Shown piece by piece: positions 1 to 10,498 of a stretch of 64,000 nt of DNA (the first letter of the stretch is position 1; the number at the start of each line of letters is the position of its first letter). This DNA comes from an uncultured Candidatus Rokubacteria bacterium (GTDB taxonomy: Bacteria > Methylomirabilota > Methylomirabilia > Rokubacteriales > CSP1-6). A program made the position numbers and the translations under genes. The DNA is taken from positions 384,001-448,000 of the forward strand of contig CAWBMV010000037.1 of the NCBI GenBank assembly GCA_963789955.1. The letters are read 5' to 3'. The notes beneath the pieces were generated by a model. That model was not told the DNA's origin, did no database searches, and worked only from the letters and a program-made list of their open reading frames with translations.

Positions 1-213
1 ACGGGGCCGTGCAGCGTCGTGGGCTGCGGTGCGCCGGTGCTACCCGTGGTCGGGCTCGTCTTCGCCGAGCTATCGAGCGGCACGCTCGCCTTGCTCTCGA
101 GCGCCTCACGCGTTCTGAGCGGTGTCGTGCTCGTCGCTCTCACGCTCGTGGTCGCACGGTTAGGCTGGCAGGCCGGGACGACATCGGTCCAGCGTCACCC
201 GAACGCGCCCTGA
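1..213 (+). CDS. C-terminal fragment of a hypothetical membrane protein (truncated by window edge)
   Basis: Frame 1 is open from base 1 (TGPCSVVGCGAPVLPVVGLVFAEL...LVALTLVVARLGWQ...), hydrophobic, stop at 211-213. Confidence 0.55.
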   Translation, partial: TGPCSVVGCGAPVLPVVGLVFAELSSGTLALLSSASRVLSGVVLVALTLVVARLGWQAGTTSVQRHPNAP

Positions 214-343
214 TGGCCGGCTGCCGTGGGGTCACATAAAGATCTTCGCCCTCGGATCGTCCGTCCACTAAGATGAGTGATGGACGGAGCTCGGGCAGTC
301 ACGCCCGGGTTTCCCGCGTCGGCCCCCTACGCGGAAGGGCTCC

Positions 344-502
344 ATGGGCTTTTCAGGCATTCGCGCCGTCATTCTCGTCGTCGTGTTCGTCGTTCTTCTC
401 CTCGGGATCACTCGGTTCGACCTTCCCGGCTGGAGCCTCCCGGTCGGATTGATCGCGGCTGGCGTCGCACTGAAGGCCTGGGAAAAAAGCGCGTCGTCGT
501 AG
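344..502 (+). CDS. Small 52-aa two-TM membrane protein (absent from the ORF track)
   Basis: ATG at 344 after GGAAGGG; MGFSGIRAVILVVVFVVLLLGITRFDLPGWSLPVGLIAAGVALKAWEKSASS*. Confidence 0.6.
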   Translation: MGFSGIRAVILVVVFVVLLLGITRFDLPGWSLPVGLIAAGVALKAWEKSASS

Positions 503-535
503 CCGAAGCACTGAAGCCCGGCCGGCGCGCTCGGC

Positions 536-1989
536 TCAGCCCAGGTTGACGACGACCGACTTCACCTCCGTGTACTCGGCGATTCCCTCGTGGCCGCCCT
601 CGCGCCCGAGGCCCGATTCCTTGAAGCCGCCGAACGGGATCTCGTGCGTGTACCCGGTGGCGTCGTTGGCGCCGACCAGTCCGTACTCGAGCTGCTCGGA
701 CACCCGGATCAGGCGGGCCAGGTCGCGCGTGTAGAAATACGCGGCGAGCCCGAACTTCGTCGCGTTCGCGCGCCGGATCACCTCGTCCTCGGTGTCGAAC
801 ACCAGGATCGGCGCCGCCGGCCCGAAGATCTCCTCCTGCGCGATCGCCATGTCGTCGGTGACGCCGGTCAGGACCGCGGGCGCAGTAGAAGAAGCCCTTG
901 GCGTAGGCGTCGTGGGTCAGGTAGCGGCCGCCGCCGACGAGCTTAGCGCCGTGCTGGACCGCGTCCTCGACCAGCGCGTGCACCTTCGCGCGTGTCTCCT
1001 CGTTGATCAGCGGACCGATCTGGGCGCCCGGCTCGAAGCCCGGCGCGACCTTCAGCTTCGCCACCGCGTCGACGAACGCCGGGATGAACTGCGTCGGCGA
1101 TGCCGCGCTGCACGTAGATCCGGTTCGCGCAGATGCACGACTGCCCGCCGACACGCAGAAACTTCATCGCCACCGCGCCCTCGAGCGCCGCCTTGAAGTC
1201 GGCGTCGTCGAACACGATGAAGGGCGCGTTGCCGCCGAGCTCGAAGGAGAGCCGCGTCACCTGCTTCGCGGCGGTCTCCATGATGCCCTTGCCCACGTCG
1301 GTCGACCCGGTGAAGCCGATCTTGCGGATCAGCGGGTGCGTGAGCAGCTCGGCGCCGACGAGACGTGAGCGGTTGGTCGTGAGCACGTTGAACACACCAC
1401 GCGGCAGTCCCGCCACCTCCGTGATGCGCGCGATGGCGAGTGCCGTGAGCGGCGTCGCCGACGCGGGCTTGAGCACGACCGTGCAGCCGGCGGCGAGCGC
1501 GGGCGCGATCTTGCGCGTGACCATCGTCGCCGGGAAGTTCCACGGCGTCACCGCGGCGACCGGCCCGATCGGCTGGCGCAAGACCCAGTAACGCTTGCCG
1601 GGCTGCGGCGACGGGATCCACTCACCGGTCATCCGCCGCGCTTCCTCCGCGAACCAGCCGAAGTAGCCGAGCGCGAACTGGACTTCCTTCCTGGCTTCCT
1701 CGTACGGCTTGCCGTTCTCGAGCGTCACGAGCCGCGCGAGCTCGTCGCGTCGCTCCTGCATGAGCTCCTGGACCTTGAGGAGGATGCTGCCGCGATCCTT
1801 CGGCGCCAGCATCGACCACTCGCGGAACGCCGCGTGCGCGGCGTTGACGGCGCGCTGGATCTCCGGCGCCGCGCCGTTGGCGACTCGCGCCACGACGCTC
1901 CCGTCAGCGGGGTTCTTGACGTCGAAGGTGGCGTCGCTCTCGGCGAGAATCCACTCGCCGTCGATGTACATGCGCTCGAGGTCTGCCAT
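536..1989 (-). CDS. gabD: NAD(P)-dependent succinate-semialdehyde dehydrogenase family protein (frameshifts near 1090 and 885)
   Basis: TPWNFP, FTGSTDVG, ELGGNAPF, GQSCIC, EEIFGP and FGGFKESGLGREG motifs spread over three frames. Confidence 0.88.
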
Positions 1990-2082
1990 GCGAACCCTCC
2001 GACCGGACGGATTTGGCGACGTCGCCGCGAGAGCCTACGCCCGGGCGATACGGCGCGCTAGACGCGCCGCGGCATGCGCGCG

Positions 2083-3426
2083 CTAGGCGTCGTTCGCGAG
2101 GTGATCCGCGAGCCAGCGCGCGGTCCGCAGAAGCTGACCATCCCGGTGGGGCGCGCCGACCAGCTGAGCGCCGAGCGGAAGACCGTTGGCACCCCGCATC
2201 ACCGGCACGTTGAGCGCCGGCATCCCGCAGAGCGTCCACACCGCGCAGAATGCCGGGTCGCCGGTCGACTCGAGCCCCTTGGGGGCGGTGCCGAACGCGG
2301 CGGGCGTCAGGATCGCGTCGTAGCGCTGCTCGAAGAGATCGGTCAGGCTCGCGACCATCGGGGGGACACGGCCGAGCGCTTCGAGGTAGTCGCGCGCGAG
2401 CACCCCACGGCCGTGCTCGATCCGAGCGCGCAGTGCGGCTGAGAGCTTGTCGCGGCCGGTTTCCCATTCCCGCCGAAGGTTGACCGCGATCTCGGCGCCG
2501 CCGATGGCGCGCTGCCACTCGAGCACTTCGTCGGCCGGGGCGATCAGCTCCACCTCTTCTACGCGGTCGCCGAGACGCTCGACCAGCTTGTCGAGCGCTT
2601 CGCGGGCGTCGGTGTCCACCTGGTCCCACATGGACGTCTTCACGAACGCGAACATCGGCGCCCGCGGCGGCTCCGTGGTGGCCACGACCCGGTACGCGAC
2701 GCGAGCGCGGGGACGCGAATCTGGATCGCGTGCGTCGTGCGACGCCAGCGCTTCGAGGAGCAGCGCGATGTCCTCGATCGCGCGCGCGAAGAGTCCCACG
2801 TGGTCCAGCGTACGGGAAAGCTGGAACATGCCGTGGCGAGGAACCAGCCCGTGTGTCGGCTTGAGCCCGTATACGCCGCAGTACGCAGCGGGCCGTACCG
2901 TCGACCCGGTCGTCTGGCTGCCGAGCGCCAGCGGCACCATCCCGGCGGCGACCGCCGCAGCCGAGCCGCTCGAGGAGCCGCCGGGCGTGTGTCCGGTGTT
3001 GTGCGGATTGCGCGTCTTCCCGGGGGTGCGGGTGGCAAACTCCGTCGTGACCGTTTTGCCCATGATGACCGCACCCGCGCCCCGGAGCAGAGAGACGACC
3101 GACGCATCGCGCGACGGAGTCCGCCCGGCGTGCAACACAGAGCCGTTCTCCGTAGGCATGTCCGCCGTGTCGATGATGTCCTTGAGGCCCACCGGTACGC
3201 CGTGCAGCACCCCGATCGGCTGTCCGGACATGCGCGATTGGTCGGCGGCGCGCGCCTGAGCCAGCGCGTACTCGGGATCGAGAAACGTCCACGCCTGCAC
3301 CTGCCCGTCGACCTCGCGCACTCGCGCCAGACAGGCCTGCACGAGATCGACCGACGTGACCGCGCCATCGCGAATCATCCGCGCGGCCTCGGCCGCCCCC
3401 AGCAGATGCAGATCCTTCACATCCAT
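2083..3426 (-). CDS. Amidase signature family enzyme
   Basis: GVPVGLKD (Lys), PGGSSSGSAAAV and GSQTTGSTVRPA (Ser-cisSer-Lys triad). Confidence 0.9.
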   Translation of the reverse strand: MDVKDLHLLGAAEAARMIRDGAVTSVDLVQACLARVREVDGQVQAWTFLDPEYALAQARAADQSRMSGQPIGVLHGVPVGLKDIIDTADMPTENGSVLHAGRTPSRDASVVSLLRGAGAVIMGKTVTTEFATRTPGKTRNPHNTGHTPGGSSSGSAAAVAAGMVPLALGSQTTGSTVRPAAYCGVYGLKPTHGLVPRHGMFQLSRTLDHVGLFARAIEDIALLLEALASHDARDPDSRPRARVAYRVVATTEPPRAPMFAFVKTSMWDQVDTDAREALDKLVERLGDRVEEVELIAPADEVLEWQRAIGGAEIAVNLRREWETGRDKLSAALRARIEHGRGVLARDYLEALGRVPPMVASLTDLFEQRYDAILTPAAFGTAPKGLESTGDPAFCAVWTLCGMPALNVPVMRGANGLPLGAQLVGAPHRDGQLLRTARWLADHLANDA

Positions 3427-3447
3427 CGCGCCCTCGAGATGAGCACG

Positions 3448-4141
3448 TCAGGCGCCCGGCGCTTTCAGCACCAGAGAGAGCCGCTCGCCGTTGGCCGGGC
3501 GTCGCACGGTCAGCCGCAGCGGCGTCTCGAGACCCGAGTCGGCGAGCGCTTCACGAAGCGCGTCGCGCGTGACGACCGCCAGATCGTTGACCTGAAGGAT
3601 CACGTCGCCGACCTCGAGCCCTCCGCGATCCGCGGCGCTCTTCGGCACGACCACCGAGACCGCCAGGGCCGTCGACGAGCCGGGCTCGGGATCGCGCACG
3701 ATGAACCCGAACTCGGCCCCGATCCGCTCGCCGACCACCGCGCGGGGCATCGCCGCGAGCCGGACGTCGAGGCGGCGCCGGCCTTCGGCCCGGAGCACGG
3801 TCAAGCGAACGTCCTTGCCCGGCGCCGACGAGGCGATGAACCGCTGGAGCACCCGCGTCTCGGTCACCGGACGCTCCTCGAACGCCACGACCAGGTCGCC
3901 GTTCTTGAGCCCCGCCGTCTGGGCCGGCGTTCCCTCCATCACCTCGACGATGAAGACGCCGAATCCCTCGCGCAGACCGTGGCGCGACGAGATTTCGTCC
4001 ATCTCCTGCTCGGACAGGTCGCGAATACGGACGCCGAGCCACGCCCACTGCGCTGCGGCCAGGGTCGCACGCCGGCGCGGCGAGAGCGAGCAGCAGCAGG
4101 ACGGCCAACGCGCGGAGCAGCACGCGCGGGTCGCGCGTCAT
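3448..4141 (-). CDS. Exported tandem-PDZ domain protein (frameshift near 4070)
   Basis: Signal-like MTRDPRVLLRALAVLLLLALAAPA, then WLGVRIRDL...GTPAQTAGLKNGDLV and SAADRGGLEVGDVILQVN (two PDZ domains, no protease domain). Confidence 0.75.
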
Positions 4142-4767
4142 TCGCGTCCCCGCCGCAGCTCGTTCACGAGCTGGTCGAGTGCCGCGCCCAGACGCTCGAG
4201 GCGGCGGGTGACGTCGAGCGTTTCGAGCAGCTCCTGGCGCAGGGTGGAGTCGGGAACCACCGCCGCGGCGATCCGGTCGGCGATCACGCCCGGCGCTTGC
4301 CCCTCCGCCAGCGCGGTGTCGAGCAGGTCTGACGGACGATCGAGCGCCTGCAGCAGGCGTCCGCACGCGTTGCGAATGCGATGGAGCGCCGCCGAGACGT
4401 CGGTCGTCGGCGCGACCTCCTCGAGCTTCTGCGCCGTGACGATCCGATAGAGGGTGTCGCTCGGCCGCTCGCTGTCGATGCGGATGCGCCACTCGCCCTT
4501 GACGAGGATGTTGTAGCGGCCCGTCGCGAGCCGCTCCCAGCTCACGATCTCGCCCGCGCCGGCCACCGGATGCACGGCCGGCTTGCCGAGATAGCTCGCC
4601 TGGTCGAACCCCGGCTGGAGCTTCACGACCGCGAGTCGGCGGTCGCGCGCCAGCACGTCCATCACCATCGCGCGGTAGCGCGCCTCGAAGACGTGGAGCG
4701 GCAGCAGGGTGCTCGGGAAGAACGTCACGTCCGGCAGCGGAAAGATCGGCAGGGTCAACGGCGGCAC
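4138..4767 (-). CDS. LON peptidase substrate-binding (N-terminal) domain protein
   Basis: LPIFPL...FFPSTLLPLHVFEARYRAM, GRYNILVKG, RQELLE. Confidence 0.88.
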   Translation of the reverse strand: MPPLTLPIFPLPDVTFFPSTLLPLHVFEARYRAMVMDVLARDRRLAVVKLQPGFDQASYLGKPAVHPVAGAGEIVSWERLATGRYNILVKGEWRIRIDSERPSDTLYRIVTAQKLEEVAPTTDVSAALHRIRNACGRLLQALDRPSDLLDTALAEGQAPGVIADRIAAAVVPDSTLRQELLETLDVTRRLERLGAALDQLVNELRRGRE

Positions 4768-4789
4768 GACATCGATTCCCTCGGCCGCG

Positions 4790-5902
4790 TCAGCCGATCT
4801 TCGGCAGCGGCCGGAGCGCGGCCAGCTCGTCGAGACGCTGTCGCACGGCCACCGCCAGCTCGCGGAACGTCCGGGCCTGGACCGAATCGGGGACGCGAAT
4901 CGTGATCGGGGTGCCCTCGTCGCCGGCCAGCCGCGTGGCCGGATCGAGCGGCACCTGCGCGAGCAGCGGCACGCCGTATTCGTCGGCGAGCTTCTGACCG
5001 CCGCCTTCGCCGAAGATCGCGTAGCGCTTGCCGGTATCGGGCGCCACGAAGTAGCTCATGTTCTCGACGATACCGAGGATCGGCACGTTGAGCTTCTGGA
5101 ACATCGCGATCGCCTTGCGCACGTCGAGCAGCGCGACCTCTTGCGGCGTGGTCACCATCACGACACCCGAGAGCGGGATGACCTGCGAGAGCGAGAGCTG
5201 GGCGTCGCCCGTGCCCGGCGGCATGTCGAAGACCAGATAGTCGAGGGCGCCCCACGAGACGTCCTTCAGCATCTGCTGGATGAAGGAGTGGATCATCGGC
5301 CCGCGCCACACGAGCGGCTCCTTCTCGTTCACGAGCAGGCCGATCGACATCATCTTCATGCCGTGCGCTTCGACCGGAATGATCCGGTTGTCGAACATGC
5401 CCGGGCGCCCTCGCGTGCCGAGCATGAGCGGGATGTCCGGGCCGTAGACGTCGGAGTCGATGATGCCGATCGCGGCGCCGGCCTGGCGCAGCGCCACCGC
5501 GAGGTTCACCGTGACCGTCGACTTGCCGACGCCCCCCTTGCCCGACGACACCGCGATCGTCTGCTTCACCTCGGGGATCAAGTTCTCGGCCTTCGGCGGG
5601 CCGCCGTGAGCGTGCCCCTGCCCGTGAGCGTGCGGCGCCGCCTGAGCCGGGCGCCCGGGCTGCCCGGCGCCCATCTTGACCTGGACCTTCTCCACGCCCG
5701 GGACGCGCCCCACGGCCCGCGAGGCCATGCTGTGCAAGGTGGCTTTCGACGCCGGCGACTGGCTCGTGAACGCGAGCGTGAAGCTGACCTGCGAATCGGC
5801 GATCGTGAGGTCTCGAATGAGCCCGAGCGTCACGATGTCCTGCTGCGCTTCGGGATCCTTCACCGCCCGCAGCGCGTCCAGCACGGCGTCCTGAGTGACC
5901 AT
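4790..5902 (-). CDS. mrp: Mrp/ApbC/NBP35 iron-sulfur cluster carrier ATPase with N-terminal DUF59 domain
   Basis: VKDPE...DIV (DUF59), SGKGGVGKST, VWRGPM, DMPPGTGD, GIVENMSY. Confidence 0.93.
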   Translation of the reverse strand: MVTQDAVLDALRAVKDPEAQQDIVTLGLIRDLTIADSQVSFTLAFTSQSPASKATLHSMASRAVGRVPGVEKVQVKMGAGQPGRPAQAAPHAHGQGHAHGGPPKAENLIPEVKQTIAVSSGKGGVGKSTVTVNLAVALRQAGAAIGIIDSDVYGPDIPLMLGTRGRPGMFDNRIIPVEAHGMKMMSIGLLVNEKEPLVWRGPMIHSFIQQMLKDVSWGALDYLVFDMPPGTGDAQLSLSQVIPLSGVVMVTTPQEVALLDVRKAIAMFQKLNVPILGIVENMSYFVAPDTGKRYAIFGEGGGQKLADEYGVPLLAQVPLDPATRLAGDEGTPITIRVPDSVQARTFRELAVAVRQRLDELAALRPLPKIG

Positions 5903-6011
5903 AGGGGCGACTATACAGGAGCGTCGAGCGCTTTCAACGTGATCGGCGCACATCCCCGCTATCTATGCGCGGAACCTTGCATTCTCGTCACCGACCTGCT
6001 ACAAAAAGCGA

Positions 6012-6497
6012 GTGATCTCCCCGGACGAATTCCGCCATACGCTGAGCCATTTCGCCTCGGGCGTGACGGTCATCACCGTGTGCGACCGCGACGGCCGGCC
6101 GACCGGTCTCACCGCGAGCGCCTTCACGTCGGTCTCGCTCGAGCCGCCGCTCATCCTCGTCTGCGTCGACCACAAGTCGCAGAGCTATCCGGCCTTGGTC
6201 GCCGGCAAGCAGTTCGCGGTCAACGTCCTCTGTCATGACCAGGAGGGCGTGTCGCGCCGGTTCGCCACGACCAAGATCGAGAACAAGTTCGAGGGCGTGC
6301 CGTTCACGTTGAGCCCGCTGGGCCTGCCGCTCCTCGACAACGCGCTCGCCCACCTCGAGTGCGCGACCGTCAACGTGCACCTCGAGGGTGACCACTCGAT
6401 CTTCGTCGGTCGCGTCGAGCGCGCGCGCGTCGGCGCCGGGCACCCGCTGGTCTATTTCCGCGGCCGCTACGATCGTCTGACCGGGGCCACTCCGTGA
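6012..6497 (+). CDS. Flavin reductase family protein
   Basis: FRHTLSHFASGVTVIT, SAFTSVSLEPPL, GDHSIFVG, PLVYFRG. Confidence 0.92.
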   Translation: MISPDEFRHTLSHFASGVTVITVCDRDGRPTGLTASAFTSVSLEPPLILVCVDHKSQSYPALVAGKQFAVNVLCHDQEGVSRRFATTKIENKFEGVPFTLSPLGLPLLDNALAHLECATVNVHLEGDHSIFVGRVERARVGAGHPLVYFRGRYDRLTGATP

Positions 6498-7576
6498 CAT
6501 TCGTTCCGCTGTCACGCCCGCCGGTCGACGACGAGATCAAGCGGGCGGTCCTGGCCGCGATCGACTCGCGCCAGTACATCCTGGGCCCGCAGTGCCGGCA
6601 GCTCGAGACGGAGCTGGCGAGCACGACCGGCGTGAAGCACGCGGTGCTGACGAGCTCCGCCACCGCGGCGCTGTGGCTCGCGCTCCGGGCGCTGGGCGTG
6701 AAGGCGGGGGACGAAGTGCTCGTCCCGTCGCACACCGCGTTCCCGACCGTCGAGGCGATCTGCGTCGCCGAGGCGACCCCCGTGTTCGTCGACGCCGACG
6801 AGTTCTACACGCTCGACATGCGCGACGCGGAAGCGAAGGCGACGCCGCGCACGGTCGGGATGGTCCCGGTGCATCTCTACGGTCAGTCGGTCGACCTCGC
6901 GGCCGTCGAGCGTCTGGCTTCGCGATTGGGCCTCTGGATCCTCGAGGACTGCGCGCAGGCGCAAGGCGCCGAGTGGACCGGACGCCGGGTCGGGAGCTTC
7001 GGCCGCGCCGCCGTCTTCTCGTTCTATCCGTCGAAGAATCTGCCGGGCATGGGCGACGGCGGGGCCATCCTCACGAGCGACGACGAGATTGCCGATCGCT
7101 GCCGGCGGCTGCGCGATCACGGCCGCCTCGACAAGAACGTGCACGCCGAGCTCGGCTTCAATCTGCGGTTCAGCGAGCTGCAGGCCGCGGCGCTGCGCGT
7201 GTTGCTGCCGCGCCTCGACGCGATGAACGAGCGCCGGCGCTCGCTCGCGCGGCGCTACGCGGACGGCCTCGCCGACCTGCCGGTCGTGCTGCCGGCCGAG
7301 CGCGAGCGGGCGCGCCACGTCTATCACCTCTATGTCGTGCGGACACCGCGGCGCGCCGAGCTGGCGGCCTTCCTCAAGGAGCGCGGGATCCAGACCGGGA
7401 TCCACTATCCGGTCCCGACGCATCGTCAGCCCCCGGTCGAGCACCTCGCGCCGCCGTCGCTGCCGCGCACGGAGCAGCTCGTCGAGGAGATCCTGACGTT
7501 GCCGATGTCAGCCGACCACGCGGACGAGGAAATCGACCGGGTCGTCGCCGCGGTCCGCGCCTTCTTCAGGGCCTAA
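6494..7576 (+). CDS. DegT/DnrJ/EryC1/StrS PLP-dependent sugar aminotransferase
   Basis: PVHLYGQ, EDCAQAQGA, SFYPSKNL (PLP lysine), GDGGAI, HYPVP. Confidence 0.93.
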   Translation: MTFVPLSRPPVDDEIKRAVLAAIDSRQYILGPQCRQLETELASTTGVKHAVLTSSATAALWLALRALGVKAGDEVLVPSHTAFPTVEAICVAEATPVFVDADEFYTLDMRDAEAKATPRTVGMVPVHLYGQSVDLAAVERLASRLGLWILEDCAQAQGAEWTGRRVGSFGRAAVFSFYPSKNLPGMGDGGAILTSDDEIADRCRRLRDHGRLDKNVHAELGFNLRFSELQAAALRVLLPRLDAMNERRRSLARRYADGLADLPVVLPAERERARHVYHLYVVRTPRRAELAAFLKERGIQTGIHYPVPTHRQPPVEHLAPPSLPRTEQLVEEILTLPMSADHADEEIDRVVAAVRAFFRA

Positions 7577-7580
7577 CGCG

Positions 7581-8729
7581 TTGCCAGCCGCCGGACGCGG
7601 GGCTCCCCCGCCGTCGAGCCCCCCTCTCCGGATCCTGCAGCTCTACCCCAAGGCGGACTACTTCACCGGCGCGGCGATCCAGCTGCGGGATCTCGCGGTC
7701 GGCCTGGCCGCCCGCGGCCACGCCGTGACGGTCGCGACACCGCCGAGCGAGCTCTGGGCCGAGCGGATGGCCGCGGCCGGCGTCGGGTACGTCCCGATCC
7801 CGATGCAGCGCGCCTGGGACGTGCGCGCGGCGTGGCGTCTGGCGAAGGTGATCCGCGCCCGCGAGATCCAGGTGGCTCATGCGCACAAGGGACGGGCGCG
7901 CACGCTCGCGCTGCTCGCCGGGCTCATGGGCGCGCGGTCGAAGCTCGTCCTGAATCGCGGCGTCAGCTTCCACGTGCCCCGGGTGCGCCGGGTCGGCTAC
8001 ACGAGCCGGCGCGTTCACGCGATCGTCGCGGTCTGCGAGTCGATCAAGCGCGATCTGGTCGCGACCGGGGTGCCGGCCCAGAAGATCGAGGTCATCTACT
8101 CGGGCACCGACGTCCTGCGCTTCCATCCCGGCCTCGACGGCCAGGCGATCCGCCGAGAGCTGGGCCTCACCGCCGAGCATTTCCTCATCACGCAGATCGG
8201 CGTCCGCTCGTGGCGCGGCTGGAGCGACGTGCTCGAGGCGATGACGCGGATCGCGCCGCAAGCGCCCCGCGCGCGCCTGCTCTTCGTCGGGGCGCCGCCG
8301 CCCCGCATCGTGGAGCTCGGCGAGCGCGCGCGCGAGCGCGGGCTCGAGGGCCGCGTGCTCGTGCTCGGTCATCGCGAGGACGTCCCGCAGATCCTCACCG
8401 CCTCGGACGTGGTCGTCGACGCCTCGTACGCCGGCGCCGGGCTCACCGGCTCGATCCGCGAGGCGCTCGCCTGCGAGCGGCCGGTGGTCGCCACCGATCT
8501 GGCCGGCATGCCCGAGCTGGTGGTCGACGGCGAGACCGGCCTGCTGGTGCCCCCGCGCGATCCGGACGCGCTGGCCCAGGCGCTCCGGCGCGTGCTCGAG
8601 AACCCGACGTGGGCCCAGACGATGGCGCGAGCCGGCTGCAAGCGCGTCGACGCGCACTTCTCGCTCCGCGCCAAGCTCGACGCGACCGAGGCGCTCTACC
8701 GGCGCCTCGTCGAGACGAGCGCGGCATGA
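7581..8729 (+). CDS. Glycosyltransferase family 4 protein
   Basis: LGHREDVPQILTASD, REALACERPVVATDLAGMPELVVDGETGLLV (GT-B fold); start uncertain. Confidence 0.88.
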   Translation: MPAAGRGAPPPSSPPLRILQLYPKADYFTGAAIQLRDLAVGLAARGHAVTVATPPSELWAERMAAAGVGYVPIPMQRAWDVRAAWRLAKVIRAREIQVAHAHKGRARTLALLAGLMGARSKLVLNRGVSFHVPRVRRVGYTSRRVHAIVAVCESIKRDLVATGVPAQKIEVIYSGTDVLRFHPGLDGQAIRRELGLTAEHFLITQIGVRSWRGWSDVLEAMTRIAPQAPRARLLFVGAPPPRIVELGERARERGLEGRVLVLGHREDVPQILTASDVVVDASYAGAGLTGSIREALACERPVVATDLAGMPELVVDGETGLLVPPRDPDALAQALRRVLENPTWAQTMARAGCKRVDAHFSLRAKLDATEALYRRLVETSAA

Positions 8730-10471
8730 ACGTGCGCTTCGATCTCTACCGCCGCCTGCTGGCCTATCTCCGCCCGCACGTGCCGGCGCTGATCGTCGGG
8801 ACGGTGCTCGCGGTCGTGGTCGCCGCGATGGAAGGCTCGATCGCCTGGCTCGTCAAGCCGGCGATGGACGACGTGTTCATCCGCCGCGACGAGCGGATGC
8901 TGAAGCTCATCCCGCTGCTGTTCCTGGCCGCGTATATCGCCAAGGGTCTGGCCCGCTACGGCCAGTCGTACCTGATGGCCTCGATCGGCGAGCGCGTGAT
9001 CGCGCGCCTCCGCCGCGACGTCTACGCCCACCTGCAGCGCATGTCGCTGTCGTTCTTCACCAGCCGCCACACGGCGGAGCTGATGTCTCGCGTCGTCACC
9101 GACGTGAACCGCCTGGCGCGCCTGTCCTCGACGGTGCTGGTGATGACGATCCGCCAGATGGTCATGGTGGTGGCGCTCACGACCGTCATGTTCGTGCGCG
9201 ACTGGCGGCTCGCCGTGATCGCGCTGGTGGTCTTCCCCTTCGTCGGCGTCGCCGTGCGCTCGATCGGCCGCCGGCTCTATCGCATCAACAAGCGGTCGCA
9301 GCAGAAGGTGGCCGAGCTGAACGTGCTGCTCCACGAGGTGTTCTCGGGGACCAAGATCGTCAAGGCGTTCGGGCGCGAGGCCCACGAGGTCGAGCGATTC
9401 GATCGGGTCAACCGCGCGCTCCTCTCGCTCGCCCTCAAGGATCACCGCACCGACGAGATCACGGACCCGCTGATGGAGATCCTGGCCGCGTTCGGCATCA
9501 TGGGCGCCCTCTGGTACGGCGGCCAGCAGGTCATCGCGGGCACGATGACACCCGGCGATTTCTTCTCGTTCACGGCCGCGGTGGCCCTTCTCTACGGGCC
9601 GGTGCGGCAGCTCTCGCGGATCGTCAACACCGTGCAGCAGTCGACCTCGTCGGTCGAGCGGGTCTTCGAGATCCTCGATCTGCCGCCGGCGATCGACGAT
9701 CGGCCGAACGCCGTGGTGCTCGACGCCTTCAGCGAGAGCCTCGTGTTCGACCAGGTGAGCTTCCGGCACGCGGACTCCGACGAGCTCACCTTGCGCGACA
9801 TCTCGCTGACCGTCGCCCGGGGCGAGGTGGTCGCGTTCGTGGGCATGAGCGGCGCCGGCAAGTCGACCCTGATGGACCTGCTGCCGCGCTTCCACGATGT
9901 CAGCGCCGGGCGGATCACGATCGACGGCCACGACCTGCGCGACGTCACCCAGGCCTCGCTTCGCGCGCTGATCGGCATCGTCACCCAGGAGACGTTCCTC
10001 TTCAGCGACTCGATCCTCTACAACATCGCCTACGGCCGTCCCGGCGCGCCGTTCGAGGACATCGTCCGGGCCGCCCGTCAGGCGCACGCGGAGGAGTTCA
10101 TCGCCGGCTGCCCCGACGGCTACCAGACGCTGGTGGGCGAGCGCGGCGTGCGGCTCTCCGGCGGCCAGCGCCAGCGCATCGCGATCGCGCGCGCGTTCCT
10201 GAAGAATCCGCCGATCTTGATCCTCGACGAGGCGACGTCCGACCTCGACGCCGAGAGCGAGTTCATGATCCAGCAGGCGCTGGCCGAGCTGATGCGGGGC
10301 CGTACGGTCCTCGTCATCGCGCACCGGCTCGCGACCGTGCGAAACGCCGACCGCATCGTCGTGGTCCACGAGGGTCGGCTCGCGGAGGTCGGACGCCACG
10401 ACGAGCTGCTCGCGCGCGACGGGCTCTACCGTCGCCTCTACGCGCTGCAGATGGAAGGCGTCGCGGGCTAG
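8726..10471 (+). CDS. msbA: MsbA-like ABC exporter (fused TMD and NBD)
   Basis: ATG at 8726 overlaps the GT4 stop; six-TM domain, GMSGAGKST, LSGGQRQR, ILDEATS, IAHRL. Confidence 0.85.
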   Translation: MNVRFDLYRRLLAYLRPHVPALIVGTVLAVVVAAMEGSIAWLVKPAMDDVFIRRDERMLKLIPLLFLAAYIAKGLARYGQSYLMASIGERVIARLRRDVYAHLQRMSLSFFTSRHTAELMSRVVTDVNRLARLSSTVLVMTIRQMVMVVALTTVMFVRDWRLAVIALVVFPFVGVAVRSIGRRLYRINKRSQQKVAELNVLLHEVFSGTKIVKAFGREAHEVERFDRVNRALLSLALKDHRTDEITDPLMEILAAFGIMGALWYGGQQVIAGTMTPGDFFSFTAAVALLYGPVRQLSRIVNTVQQSTSSVERVFEILDLPPAIDDRPNAVVLDAFSESLVFDQVSFRHADSDELTLRDISLTVARGEVVAFVGMSGAGKSTLMDLLPRFHDVSAGRITIDGHDLRDVTQASLRALIGIVTQETFLFSDSILYNIAYGRPGAPFEDIVRAARQAHAEEFIAGCPDGYQTLVGERGVRLSGGQRQRIAIARAFLKNPPILILDEATSDLDAESEFMIQQALAELMRGRTVLVIAHRLATVRNADRIVVVHEGRLAEVGRHDELLARDGLYRRLYALQMEGVAG

Positions 10472-10498
10472 ACTCTCGCCCAAGGGAAAGGGGCACCC

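Noticed and set aside
7832..8725. Long N-terminal extension on msbA
   Set aside because: Arg/Gly-rich shadow frame over the GT4 gene; the real start at 8726 overlaps the GT4 stop
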